Shown: positions 41,192 through 53,842 of the stretch, piece after piece
Position numbering within the stretch: the stretch's first letter is position 1
Layout of the letters: each line of letters begins with the position of its first letter
Origin: Octopus vulgaris
Taxonomy: Eukaryota
Direction of reading: 5' to 3'
NCBI GenBank assembly: GCA_951406725.2
Contig: OX597831.1
Coordinates: 78,616,001-78,680,000, forward strand
Length of the DNA: 64,000 nt
The notes under the pieces: generated by a model
Told to the model about the DNA's origin: nothing
Database searches by the model: none
Seen by the model: the letters and a program-made list of their open reading frames with translations, nothing else
Translations under genes and position numbers: made by a program

Positions 41192-41852
41192 TTATATATA
41201 TAGAGGGCATTATTATACATACATGCCACACGCTAAGAGGGACATTAGTCATTTCTACCAAAAAATTTTACTAATCATACCCAATGCAATTTTTCAAAGC
41301 AAGACATTTAAAAAAATGAATTTAGTCTTGTATCACCTGTGATTTCGTACTTACCGCAGTTGCGACCGTACTCATCAGCAAGACTGATTCTGAACATATC
41401 ATAAATAAACGACCTGTACCGCCAAAGCCGAACAGCTATCTGTTCCACTCCAACGAAGCACATGGGGAAGTTTACATATAATACATCCGGTAAATGGCAG
41501 GCTTCTTCGAATTGCATTTCGGATAGGAAAAGTTTTTTCGGAATAAAATTATTTAACAATTAAGGATAACTTCTTAATAAGGAATCTTAACAAGACATTA
41601 TCAGGTAGATAGCGTGAAAAAACCTCATAAGAGAAAAATTTCGAAAATAATTCTTTCTTATTGAACATATTAATTTATATATAGAGGGCATTATTATACA
41701 TACATGCCCACGCTAAGAGGGACATATATAAATTAATATGTTCAATAAGAAAGAATTATTTTCGAAATTTTTCTCTTATGAGGTTTTTCACGCTATCTAC
41801 CTGATAATTTCTTGTTAAGATTCCTTATTAAGAAGTTATCCTTAATTGTTAA

Positions 41853-41862
<10 letters not shown>
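41189..41862 (-). mobile_element. Terminally redundant plus fold-back non-coding insert in (TA)n carrying a canonical hammerhead
   Basis: Direct repeat 41189-41245 / 41672-41725; near-perfect ~140-bp inverted repeat 41543-41682 / 41724-41862; (TA)n on both sides. Confidence 0.8.
41324..41385 (-). ncRNA. Canonical type I hammerhead ribozyme
   Basis: Minus strand: agtcttg-CTGATGA-GTAC-ggtcgcaactgcggtaa-GTAC-GAAA-TCAC-ag-GTGA-TA-caagact. All core nucleotides present, 7-bp helix I, AUA cleavage triplet. Confidence 0.88.
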
Positions 41863-41895
<33 letters not shown>

Positions 41896-41896
<1 letters not shown>

Positions 41897-41945
41897 TGTT
41901 GTTGTTGGCATCCTTTTTGTCTCGGGAGACAATGGAGTTGCGCAT
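41896..41945 (-). mobile_element. Possible RTE-clade LINE 3' tip
   Basis: Reverse complement ctccattgtctcccgagacaaaaaggatgcc(aac)n resembles RTE 3' ends (from memory). Confidence 0.4.
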
Positions 41946-42050
41946 AAAATAGTCTAGTCCGGCATTTTCATTTCATGTCCTGATACATTCCTTCTGTGGC
42001 TGTTAGAAAAAAGAATGAAAAATCTAATAATAATTTAACATATATATGTT

Positions 42051-42113
<63 letters not shown>

Positions 42114-42116
<3 letters not shown>

Positions 42117-43179
42117 AAAGCTTTATCAGGGATGACCTAGACATGCTGAACCACCTCCCGAAGACAGTAAAGGACGGAACACTGCTGGTATCTTTCGATG
42201 TAGTGAATCTATACACCGATATCCCACACCACTATGGTACAGAATCAATCACATTCTTGCTAGAAAAATACCCAAATTAGATCCCAGGACGCATCAACCA
42301 CAATTTTATAATTGAAGCACTGAAATTCATCCTGATGAACAATCATTTCTTGTTCGTACTACTTTCTATCGACAAAAATGTGGAATTGCAATGGGAACCA
42401 GAGCTGCTCCAGTGATTGCAAACCTCGTAATGGGTTACCTCGAACTCAAGTTATACCAATCATCACTAGAAAAATATGGCGCCTCTTTTAATTGCTACTT
42501 AAAGGAGAACTGGAAGAGATATTTGGATGATTGCTTCATACTTTGGAAAGACAGCATGGATAAACTCTTTGATTTCAAAAGAATGCTCAACAACATACAC
42601 AGCAATATACAATTCACTATGGAACACAACAGTAAACAACTCCCTTTTCTAGACATCTTAATTAGAATAGTTAACAACCACATTGAAACAGACATCTTTT
42701 ATAAACCCACAGATTCCAAACAATACCTATTATTTAACTCTTGCCACCCCAAACACATACAAATCAACATACCCTTCAAACTAGCGAAAAGAATCTGCAC
42801 CATAGTTTCCAATACATATACTCGAGAACAAAGACTCCTTGAACTTAGATCTACAATAGCTAAAAGACACTACCCAATCTCATTAGTAAATGAAGGCATC
42901 AAAAGAGCTAAGGAAATAGATATACAAATGTTAAGGAAAACTAGCCGAAATACTAAACAAGACTTAAAAATACTCCCGTACATTTCCACACATAACCCCA
43001 GAAACAACGAACCCTTCAACATCATCACCCAAAATCTTCCCATCCTCACAGCAGACAAAACAATGAACGAAATTTTAAGCTCATATAAAATTATAAAAAG
43101 CAAAAGGCAACCGATGTAACTGAAAAAAATATTAACCAGCGCTAGACTGTCTCCACTCACCACAGAGCCATAAGTAACA
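42114..43179 (+). pseudogene. Penelope-like element reverse transcriptase fragment (premature stop near 42278, frameshift near 42355, stop at 43117)
   Basis: LVSFDVVNLYTDIP, GIAMGTRAAPVIANLVMG, WKRYLDDCF, LPFLDI, TDIFYKPTDSKQYLLFNSCHP: PLE RT and thumb motifs. No GIY-YIG region seen. Confidence 0.92.
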
Positions 43180-43181
43180 TA

Positions 43182-44473
43182 CGAGGGGCGTTCAATAAGT
43201 AATGCCCCTGATCCACTTCCCATAGCAGTAAAGCAACGAAACTTGGCATAGTTATTTGTCTTTTTCTACATAGGAACCATCCAGAGTTACGTATTTCTCC
43301 CATTGTTTGATGCAGCTCTGGAGACCGTTTTCGTAGAAGACCCCAGCTTGGTCCTCCAACCACGACGTGACTTCAGAAATCAAGGCTGCATCATCTGGGA
43401 AACGCTTTCCTTTCAAAAACAACTTCATGGCTGGGAAGAGGTGAAAATCAGAGGGTGCAAGGTCAGGAGAGTAGGGGGATGGGGGAAGAGTTCATAGCCG
43501 CACGCCTGTGCTTCTGATCTGGCGACATGCGAGTTGTGGACTGGTGTGTTGTCCTGCAGGAGGAGGATGCCTTTGCTGATCTTGCCCCGCCTCTTGGTTT
43601 TGATAGCTTCTCTTAATTTCCTCAAAAGTGAAGCATAATAGGCTCCTGTAATTGTGGTACCCTTTGCCAGGAAATCTGTCATCACTACTCCGTCCTAGTC
43701 CCAGAAGATTGTGAGCATGACCTTGCCAGCGGAGGGCTGCACCCTTGCCTCCTTTGGAGGAGGTGAGTCATGGTGCTTCCACTGCATTGACTGGGCTTTG
43801 GTCTCTGGATCATAGTGATGGACCCAGGTCTCATCCTGTGTAATCAGTCTTTTGAAAAATTTTGACTCATCTTCTTGGCACATCTCTAAATTCATCCTCG
43901 AGCACTCGACGCGTTCTTGCCTCTGGAAAAGTGTGAGCAACCTGGGAATCCATCTGGCAGACACCTTTTGCATATGCAAATGGTCATGAATGATAGTTTA
44001 CACAGACCCGGTACTAATCTTGACCACATGGGCTATTTGGCGAATAGTTATGCGTCGATCTTCCAAAATGGCAGCCTCAACTTGACGGACAGATGCCTCA
44101 TCAATGGCAGAAGAGGTGCAACCAGATCTGGGAGCTGTTTCCACAGAGTTCCGACCATGTTTGAATTCACGATGCCAGCGTTTTACAAGGTCATATGATG
44201 GGGCATCATCACCATAAGTTACTTTCATTTCATCAAAAGTCTCCCGTGTTGTGCGTCCTTTCAAATACAAAAACCGGATCACTGCTCGACACTCAACAGG
44301 CTCCATTTCCCACTTGACTCATTTCAAAAACCTGTAAATCAGAAACTACAGTTAGTTCAGAGGTGTAATTTGCCACGTAATCTATAGTAATATAAAGAAT
44401 GGTACATGCAAAATTTCAGCTAGATCAAACAATGGCAAGTGGGGCAGAGGCATTACTTATTGAACGCCCCTCG
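43182..44473 (-). mobile_element. Full-length (1292 bp) DD34D mariner transposon
   Basis: TIRs cgaggggcgttcaataagtaatgcc at both ends (25 bp perfect, ~44 bp imperfect); TA flanks at 43180-43181 and 44474-44475. Confidence 0.96.
43253..44306 (-). pseudogene. Mariner transposase with two nonsense codons (~43998, ~43695) and one frameshift (~43475)
   Basis: HTH region, WIPRLL, ITQDETWVHHYDPE, LLQDNTPVH, then shifted YSPDLAPSDFHLF. Confidence 0.93.
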
Positions 44474-44479
44474 TATTTC

Positions 44480-44556
<77 letters not shown>

Positions 44557-44629
44557 TATATATGTATATATATATGCATATATATATATATATATATATA
44601 TACATATGTAGGTATATATATATATTGAA

Positions 44630-45165
44630 ATATGTATGTATGTATGTATGTATTTATGTATGTATGTATGTTTGTATGTATGTATGTATGTATGTATCTT
44701 TGTATGTATGTATGTATGTATGTATGTGTGTATGTATGTATATATGTTTGTATGTATGTATGTTTGTATGTATGTATGTTTGTATGTATGTATGTATGTT
44801 TGTATGTATGTATGTTTGTATGTATGTATGTATGTATGTATATTTGTATGTATGTATGTATGTATGTATGTATGTATGTTTGTATGTATGTATGTATGTA
44901 TGTTTGTATGTATGTATGTATGTATGTATGTATGTTTGTATGTATGTATGTATGTATGTATGTATGTATGTATGTATGTATGTATGTATGTATGTATGTA
45001 TGTATGTATGTATGTCCGTACGTAAGTACGTATGTATGTATGTGTGTGTATAGATAGATAGATATGTAGATAGATATATATAGATAGACAGATAGACAAA
45101 GAGATAGATACATAGATGGACAGACAGACAGATAAATAGGTAGATAGATAGATAGAAAGATAGAT

Positions 45166-45196
<31 letters not shown>

Positions 45197-45235
45197 AAGA
45201 TAGATAGATAGAAAGATAGATAGATAGATAGATTT
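44630..45235. repeat. (TATG)n followed by (TAGA)n microsatellite
   Basis: Direct reading. Confidence 0.95.
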
Positions 45236-45372
45236 GTGTGTGAGACGATGAATGTTTATTTAACCCAGCTCAGTAAGACGACGGAGTTATTTGTCTGACC
45301 TTATCATAACTAACATCAACAGGAGCAGCCTTTGTATGTAATCCAATAGCTAAGAGTACTTAAATCTTAACC

Positions 45373-45780
45373 GCAGGAGTGGCTGTGTGGTAAATAGCTT
45401 GCTTACCAACCACATGGTTCCGGGTTCAGTTCTACAGTGTGACACCTTGGGCAAGTGTCTCCTACTATAGCCTCGGGCTGACCAAAACCTTGTGAGTGGA
45501 TTTGGTAGACGGAAACTGAAAGAAGCCCGTCGTATATATGTATATATATATATGTGTGCGTGTGTGTGTTTGTGTGTCTGTGTTTGCCTCTTCCCCCCAA
45601 CATCGCTTGACAACCGATGGTGGTATGTTTACGTCCCCGCAACATTAGCAGTTCGGCAAAAGCGAACGATAGAATAAGTACTAGGCTTACAAAGAATAAG
45701 TCCTGGGGTCGATTTGCTCGACTAATGGCTGTGCTCCAGCATGGCCGCAGTCAAATTACTGAAACAGTAAAAGAGAGTAC
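45373..45780 (+). mobile_element. SINE family A, full length
   Basis: gcaggagtggctgtgtggtaa through the tail. Confidence 0.92.
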
Positions 45781-45844
45781 TCTCACAAGCACATACGTTT
45801 AAGAATACATATTCTAACGCACATACACTCTGTTTTATATTCTT

Positions 45845-46120
45845 TCTTTTACGTGTTTCTGTCATTTGACTGCAGCCATGCTGGGGCATCACTTTTAGTC
45901 GAACAAATCGACCCCAGGACTTATTCTTAGTAAGCCTTGTACGTGTTTTATCGGTCTCTTTTGCCGAGCCGTTAAGTTACGGGAATGTAAACACATCAAC
46001 ATTGGTTGTTAATCGATGGTGGACACACACACAGGTGGCCCAAGGTGCCTCGCAGTGGGACTGAACCCAGAACCATGTGGTTGAGAATCAAGCTTCTAAC
46101 TGCACAGCCACGCCTGCGCT
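45845..46120 (-). mobile_element. SINE family A with internal deletion
   Basis: 3' half is joined to the head fragment at ~46035. Confidence 0.8.
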
Positions 46121-46221
46121 CATATGTATATATATCAGAGAATTGATCAGACTATTAGATGTTGTTATACAACGCTGCTCACGATGCATTTCAACTTGTT
46201 TTAGCTTTCGAGTGATACTAG

Positions 46222-46402
46222 CCCATGGCTTCGCGAACAGACCATCATCCACCCCTGATCGGAAGGTATCCCGTCGCAAGGTATACTCACCTACAGCTGA
46301 GCGGACTGGAACAACCTGAAAGTTGTGTTTGGGTCTGATCCCGAAATCGAACCTACGGTCTAGCGACCGTAATTGCTGTACCCTAACCACTAGGCCTCGC
46401 AC
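46222..46402 (-). mobile_element. Another tRNA-derived SINE, diverged
   Basis: Reverse complement: gaggcctagtggttaggg (A box), ggttcgattt (B box), ccagtccgctcagctgta. Confidence 0.6.
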
Positions 46403-46409
46403 TTTCACG

Positions 46410-46454
<45 letters not shown>

Positions 46455-46589
46455 TCGGAGTAATATATATGGAAAAGTCTGATAATATAAGCTTTCTCGT
46501 ACTCAAATATTTCCTTGATTTAAGTTCTGACCACTTTTCGTAACACCCCTTGGTTTGCCGAAATTGTTCTTTCTTTGAATTGCTTTTCA

Positions 46590-47330
46590 TCTGAAGGGGG
46601 GTTTTCCAACAGGCCTCTGGAGTGGTTATAGCAAAGAGAGCGGGCCTCAACGATGCCAACTTGTTCGTTAGCAATGTTGAGGTTCAGATATTCTCGCAGT
46701 CCACGGATCGCATGCTTGAATTACACGTTTGGCACGTCGACGACTGTATCGACGGACCTCAATGTCCAGCGAACAATTCAGCATCTCTATTTCATCCACC
46801 TTTCACTCCGTCTTTGAATGCTTCTCTGTCTCCAACACCATCACTAACTCCCTCCTCATTTCCGTTCCAATCAAGCATTCCTGTCTTCCCACCTCTATCC
46901 ACGACAATCCTACAGACTCCCACTCCTAACTCAACATCTCCTCCATTCAACCTACCCACCACACTAAGCTGTAGGTCCCTTCTCTCAATTCCTCCGTTTC
47001 CGTCGGCTCTGTAGTCACGACTATCACTTCGAAACACAGTTCCATCCCATGGCCCGCGACTTTACTCAACGGGGATATCTGCCCCTGTTACCCCAGTCGC
47101 TCTTTCTCGTGTTCTGTCTTTTAACCGCGAATCGGCCCTCTCTCCCCGCAACCGTCCCACTTTTATCCGCATCTCCTTACCCTTTATCTAAACTCACATC
47201 ACTCCACCCATGAAACGCACGCGCTTTCTTCCAAGTCCCTTCTGAACCCTCCACATCTTGCATTTCCTTCCAATCCATTTCTCCGCAGCCGCAGCCGACG
47301 TAGCCTACTATGTTTAAATAGGATCCACAT
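46590..47330 (+). pseudogene. Heavily decayed second Penelope-like RT fragment (different family)
   Basis: FQQASGVVIAKRAGLNDANLFV..HVDDCI.., TSIHDNPTDSHS*LN, PFSQFLRFRRLCS..FTQRGY match decayed PLE RT/thumb motifs. Confidence 0.75.
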
Positions 47331-47610
47331 GTTCCTTTCCAAGGCACAAGTCTGGGCAAGGCTGTCTGATAGTAGACCAACAGTCGCCCGTCCATACAAG
47401 TCTCGCCTCTCGACGCCACCGATGTTATTCAAGGGAAAGACAAATGCCGATTCAGCTTGGCAGGGAACTGGAGCAACGGGAAATAAAGTGTCTTGCTCAA
47501 GAACATAACACAATAGAATACAATAGATAGACAGCCCGGTCAGGGAATCGAACTCCTTACCTCATGAACGTAAGCCCGACGCTCTAGCCACTGAGCCATG
47601 AGACTTCACA
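47330..47610 (-). mobile_element. tRNA-derived SINE sharing a core with family D but with a different tail
   Basis: Reverse complement: tggctcagtggctagagcg, gagttcgattccc, ttcttgagcaagacactttatttc. Confidence 0.75.
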
Positions 47611-47946
47611 AATGCACAAATGTATGTCTGTATAAAAATATATATAATACAGTTGTGTGTGGATGGATCATTATGATATAAATCTGATCTGGTGTAATCC
47701 GGAGGTGGGAATCAGAGTCAGAGCGCTAATGATGTCTAAAACATTCCTAAAAAGTAATTACGAGAAAAAAAACTACAAAAATAAAAAGTAATTAGGCATA
47801 CAAATGAATTAACTAGGAACAAAGGGTAGATTACGTTAACTAATTTAGGCAACTAATTACTAATTATGTAATTTAGTAATCCCACGCAACAACAAAGGTG
47901 GCGAAATATATGTATATGTGCGTATTCATGTGTATATATGTGTATA

Positions 47947-48004
<58 letters not shown>

Positions 48005-48214
48005 TATACATATATATATACATATATAAATACATATATCTATATATATATATATATTTAATATATATACAGAGAGATGGAGAGGGGGAGAGAGAGAGTC
48101 AGATATAAATAGATTAATAGGCAGATATATATAGACAGTTATAGGTACATATATATGTATATGGATCCCTTTAAGCTGATATATATATATGTATATATAT
48201 ATATGTATATATAC

Positions 48215-48492
<278 letters not shown>

Positions 48493-48770
48493 ATGTATGT
48501 ATGTATGTGTGTATGTGTATGCATGTGTTGAAAATTAATAGGCATTGAATTCGAATGAAATGGTGAATGTGAGAATGTCATAAATACCAATTGTTAACCC
48601 TTTACATTCATTAAATGCGTTTATTGCAGAAGCGGGGACGCGCGGCAGGGTCGGGTCCTGTTTTAACCTTAACCGATTTTGAACAGAGAATTATATGTAA
48701 TCGAGAAACAGCAAGCGAATCTATTTCTGTCCGCTAATAATGGTGGTATTTCAGCTTGTAAACACACACA

Positions 48771-48808
<38 letters not shown>

Positions 48809-48830
48809 GAGAGAGAGAGAGAGAGAGAGT

Positions 48831-48868
<38 letters not shown>

Positions 48869-48964
48869 CACACACACACAGTCTCACACACACACACATT
48901 TGCTTGTACGTGTCAATTTATGCCTAAAATATAAATCTATAGACAGATATCTGTAGATAAGAGA

Positions 48965-49024
<60 letters not shown>

Positions 49025-49034
49025 GGAGAGAGAG

Positions 49035-49102
<68 letters not shown>

Positions 49103-49509
49103 CCCTATGTATGTGTGTACGTGTGTATGTAATTGATATTTAAATTGTGTTTGAAAACGTTGGGATTGAAAATGTTGGGTGAACCTATTATTTACACAAT
49201 ATTATGTGTTTAAATATTTTCAGGTTCAAATTACCTCCTATTCCTCATCTAACGCCGCCGTCTCCTGGGGTCAGGTCACTAATAGTTTTCACCTATTGTA
49301 TAATATTTTGCGAGCATGGATCATAGACCATAGGTCATTACTGATAGAGCAAGGGGCCGTGCCTACAGGGAGTGGGAAACTAACAGACGCAATAGTGTGG
49401 TTGATTAAATTCGAGCACTTTGAGATAATTATGTTTTGTTTCGATTGAAGCAGTGGTTCTGAGTTCAAAACTTAGTAAAGACATCATTGACATCTGTTGG
49501 GAATGAAAT

Positions 49510-50315
49510 ATTAGTTTGAAAATTTGTTACAAGGTCAGCTATTTCGGGTAGGGATAATAGGTCATTTACATTGACCCCAGTGCTCAACTGGTACTTATTT
49601 TATTGACCCTGAAGCGATGAAAGGCAAAGTCGACTTCAGCGGAATTAGAACTCAGAAATTAAAACCGGACGAAAGACCGCCAAGCATTTCGCCTGATGTG
49701 TTAACGATTTTTCTTCTACTCTAGGCACAAGGCCCGAAATTTTTGGGGAGGGGGGCAGTTGATTAGATCGACCCCAGTACACAACTGGTACTTAATTTAT
49801 CGATCCTGATACGATGAAAGGCAAAGACGATTCTGCCATCTCACCGCCTTAATCAATAATAATAATAATAATGGTTTCAAATTTGGGTACAGGGCCAGGA
49901 ATTTCAGAGGAGGGAGTAAGTCATTTACATTGATCCCAGTGCTCAACTGGTACTTATTTTATCGACCCTTATGCGATGAAAGGCAAAGTCAACCCCGGCA
50001 GAATTAAAACTCAGAACGTAAAGACGCTTGAAATACTGATAATTTTTTTTACCCGGTGTACTGACGATTCTGTCATCCCGTCGCCTTATGTTGAAGAAGA
50101 AATATAGATTTCAAATTTTGGCTCATGGCCAGCAATTTCGGGGAGGTGGTAAGTTGATTAGATCGACTCCAGTCCTCTACTGGTACTTATTTTATTGAAC
50201 CCAAAAGGAAGAAAGGCAAAGTCAACCTCGGCAGAATTTGAACTCAGAACTTAATTGCGGACGAAATGGAGCTGTTTTGCCAGGCGTGCTAACGTTTCTG
50301 TTAGCTCACCTCCTT
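49510..50315 (-). mobile_element. Array of about 4 SINE family B units, one nested
   Basis: Repeated caactggtacttattttat.gaccc...gatgaaaggcaaagtc. Confidence 0.85.
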
Positions 50316-50478
50316 GTGTTAGGAAAGAAATATTAGCTCAACGTGAGTGACCCAACGATGGCGCACCTTAGTGAACAGTTGATGAGGGAGACAAAGCTGT
50401 GGCTTTTAGCAACCATGTCTCATATTACAGCTTATCCTTTTTTACAACAAAAAGAGCAAATAGAATTGTATATGTATA

Positions 50479-50833
50479 CTAGCAGTATCGCCCGGTGTTG
50501 CTCGGGTTTTTTTCGACTCTTTAGAACCAGAATTTTTGAAAAGTAAAAATTCTGCATTATGTAGCTTGTTAATCTCTTTAAGTGAAGATTTTTCTGGTTG
50601 AAATACACCGAAAAATGGTGACACAGCTGTCAAAAATCGTAAAAAATTTTTGATGTAAATAAGTTTTGGTCCGATTTGAATTTTTTCTTGTACGGAAGGA
50701 AGAGCAAGCCTTCTTCTATCATACTTTCAATTTTGGTCAACTTGCGCTGCAGGGTCTCGAAGGAGATAGTGTTAGTTGAAGGCTACCAAACCTGCCATAC
50801 ACAGACAACCTTAGCTTTATATATATATATAGA
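50479..50833 (-). mobile_element. Non-autonomous Helitron
   Basis: Minus strand starts TC(TA)n and ends with hairpin cccgagcaacaccggg then CTAG; inserted between A and T with no TSD. Confidence 0.75.
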
Positions 50834-50873
50834 TATATGTGTGTGTGTGTGTGTATATATGTGTGTGTATATA

Positions 50874-50949
<76 letters not shown>

Positions 50950-50964
50950 AAGGACAAGCAAGTA

Positions 50965-51127
50965 CAGACATCGACCCAAGTGTGTAACTGGTACTTATTT
51001 AATCGACCCCCGTAAGGATGAAAACAAAGTCGACCTCGTCGTAATTTGAACTCAGAACGTAACGGTAGACGAAATATCGCTAAGCATTTCGTCCGGTTTG
51101 CTAACGATTCTGCCAGCTCGCCGCCCT
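50965..51127 (-). mobile_element. SINE family B
   Basis: Ends ttctgccagctcgccgcc on the plus strand. Confidence 0.85.
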
Positions 51128-52144
51128 TTGGTAACGACGCGATGGTCATAGGTGGAACTCTTTTTTAACATAAGTGTTGTTCAGTAGTAGGTGGCCTGGT
51201 CATAAACGGTAACAACAATATTAACAGCACGTAAAAGAAAGAAAGAGACAAAGTTTACATTTTCCAGAAATAAATATTCCCCACGTTTCATTATACCACA
51301 TTAAACAGAAATGAAAGGGCACACTGTAATAATGTGGTCCTTGATTAACAGAAAAGACAGTATGCTCATGGTTGGAACGCCTTTCATCATGACTTTATTC
51401 AGTCCCATTTACCCTTTGGCCTGTCCTGTGTATCCTTTGTAATACACAAGACAGATTTCTTTGGCGTTAATGCATTTTGTATGATACACATTGTCAGTTT
51501 TTACAACCACAAGAGTAACTCGGGGTGTATGAAATATGAAGGCTTTATGTTACTCAGAAGGTATGAAACAAGAGCTAATTACAAAGGTGAAAACAAGTAT
51601 GGACATTTAGGACAAACTTATAAAAATGCTTTCGACAAGGTTTTAGAGTGGTGAAACCTCAATCTTAGTCTAACACCTTGCCTGTCCTGTGTATCTTATG
51701 TGATATACGGGACATATTTCCCCGGTATCCATACATTATATATGATACACATTCTCCATTTTTCTCAACTTTTGTAATACAGGAAATTTCCCATGTATTA
51801 TTTTTTCACAAATATTCCCTATTCTTCTCTCACTCAGTTTCCATGCATTTTTCCCGATCGAATCTCCTGCGATGACAAATGTAAACTTCATTTGATCAAG
51901 ATATCTTTTGTCCGACAGGTAGCTAGCAGATTACCCTTCGTTTGTGTAATTATAACTTCCGAGGTTCTGTTAGATACGAAACATATATAGCCTGGATTTT
52001 ATCTACTCCACTACATAATGTTGCATGTATATCGTTCATCATATATCATATATTTTAATTATTAGATATTAATTTGGTTTAGCTTGTGAGAGCGACTCAT
52101 ATGGGACCGCAGAATACATCTCACAAGAGCGTGTGTATCATATA

Positions 52145-52555
52145 CGAGGGTGAGCCATAAAGTAATGCCATTTTGTTTAGGACAGGTATAATTACCAACA
52201 CAGGAACATGTATCATACATCAAAATGAAGCTGGTCCTCTGTGGATCACATCCCTACTTCTCAACATAGTTACCGTTTCTCTCAATAGTAATGTTCCACC
52301 TTCGAATGAGAGCATGTATCCCTGCCCTGTAAAATTCTGTTGACTGTTCTTTGAGCCATTTCTTCACTACAGTTTTCACTTCCTCGTCACTGGAATAATG
52401 TCTGCCTCTCAAATCCTCTTTCATGGGGCCGAAGAGATGATAGTCCAGTGACGAGGAAGTGAAAACTGTAGTGAAGAAGTGGCTCAAAGAACAGTCAACA
52501 GAATTTTACGGAGCAGGGATACATGCTCTCATTCAAAGGTGGAACATAGTTTACC
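52145..52555 (-). mobile_element. Mariner right-end remnant with local inverted duplication
   Basis: TA-cgagggtgagccataaagtaatgcc TIR; DYHLFGPMKEDLRGRHY..RWNITIERNGNYVEK*; 52291-52394 inverted at 52444-52547. Confidence 0.88.
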
Positions 52556-53097
52556 TATAAAAGACATGACGGTCACATCTTAGTTTTTGATCATAAAGTT
52601 TGTCACTTAAACAGAAATGAAAACAACAACAACAACAACAACAACACCAATGACAATAACGACTATAACAACATAAAATTAGTACAAAAAGAACCCCAAA
52701 AATAACAACAGCAGCAAGAAAGCCAACAACAAAGTAGAGCGTTAAACATAGAGCATTAAACGTAGAGACACTACATAATGGTATAACTAGCTAGAAATAA
52801 CAGCTAAAACTACTTCAAATCTCTCAGGCAGTCTTCAGATAAAACTAGTAACGGATACGTTAGATGCGGTAAATCTAGATGTAGATTATACATGGTTACA
52901 GCTGGAATCACTGGAGTGTAAAGTGTATGGTATTTCTCAGAGTTTAGCCAACTGAAGCGGAGCTTGGTGTGCTTTTAAACAACATCACTGATAAAAATAA
53001 AGGAACTGGCATTTAAAAACCCTGATTGTGTTTCTGCAACAGATGTTAATATGTGAATGCATAAGTTTCGTTGAATGATTCATAAAGAGAATTTAAG

Positions 53098-53520
53098 AGA
53101 GGCGTGGCTGTGTGGTAAGAAGCTTGCTTCCCAACCACATGATTCCGGGTTCAGTCTCACTGCGTGGCACCTTGGGAAAGTGTCTTCTACTATAGCCTTG
53201 GGCCGACCAAAGGCTTGTGGGTGGATCTGGTAGACGGAAACAAAAAGAAGCCTGTCGTATGTGTATGTATATATGTGTCTGTGTCTTTGTGTCTCTGTTT
53301 ATCGACATACCGCCATCACTTGACAACCGATGTTGGTGTGTTTATGTCTCCGTAACCTAGCGGTTAGGCAAAATCGACAGATTGAATAAGTAGTGGTTTT
53401 GCCAAGAATAAGCCCTGAAGTCGAACTCTTTGACAAACAAACAAACACAAAAAAAAACATTTTAAGGCAGAGTTCCAGGATAGCCGCAGCCAAATGGCTG
53501 AAACAAATAAGAGAATAAAA
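53098..53520 (+). mobile_element. SINE family A
   Basis: ggcgtggctgtgtggtaagaagcttgc head; diverged tail. Confidence 0.85.
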
Positions 53521-53526
53521 GAACAA

Positions 53527-53582
<56 letters not shown>

Positions 53583-53842
53583 ATATATGCATGTATGTAT
53601 GTATGTATGTATGTATGTATGTATGTATGTATGTATGTATGTATGTGCAATGGTTTCAAATTTTGGCGTAGGGCCAGTAGTTTTCACCGACCTCAGTATT
53701 TAACTGGTACTTATTTTATCGAGCCCGAAAGAATTTGAATTGAGAGCGTAAACACAGACGAAATGTCGCTTATCATATTGTCCGGCATGCTCACGATACT
53801 AACGGATCCCTATAACATCTGATACATATATATATATATATA

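Noticed and set aside
51412-51760. Degenerate direct repeat (gcctgtcctgtgtatc...atgatacacatt) at ~51412 and ~51676
   Set aside because: Old local duplication with no further structure I can interpret.
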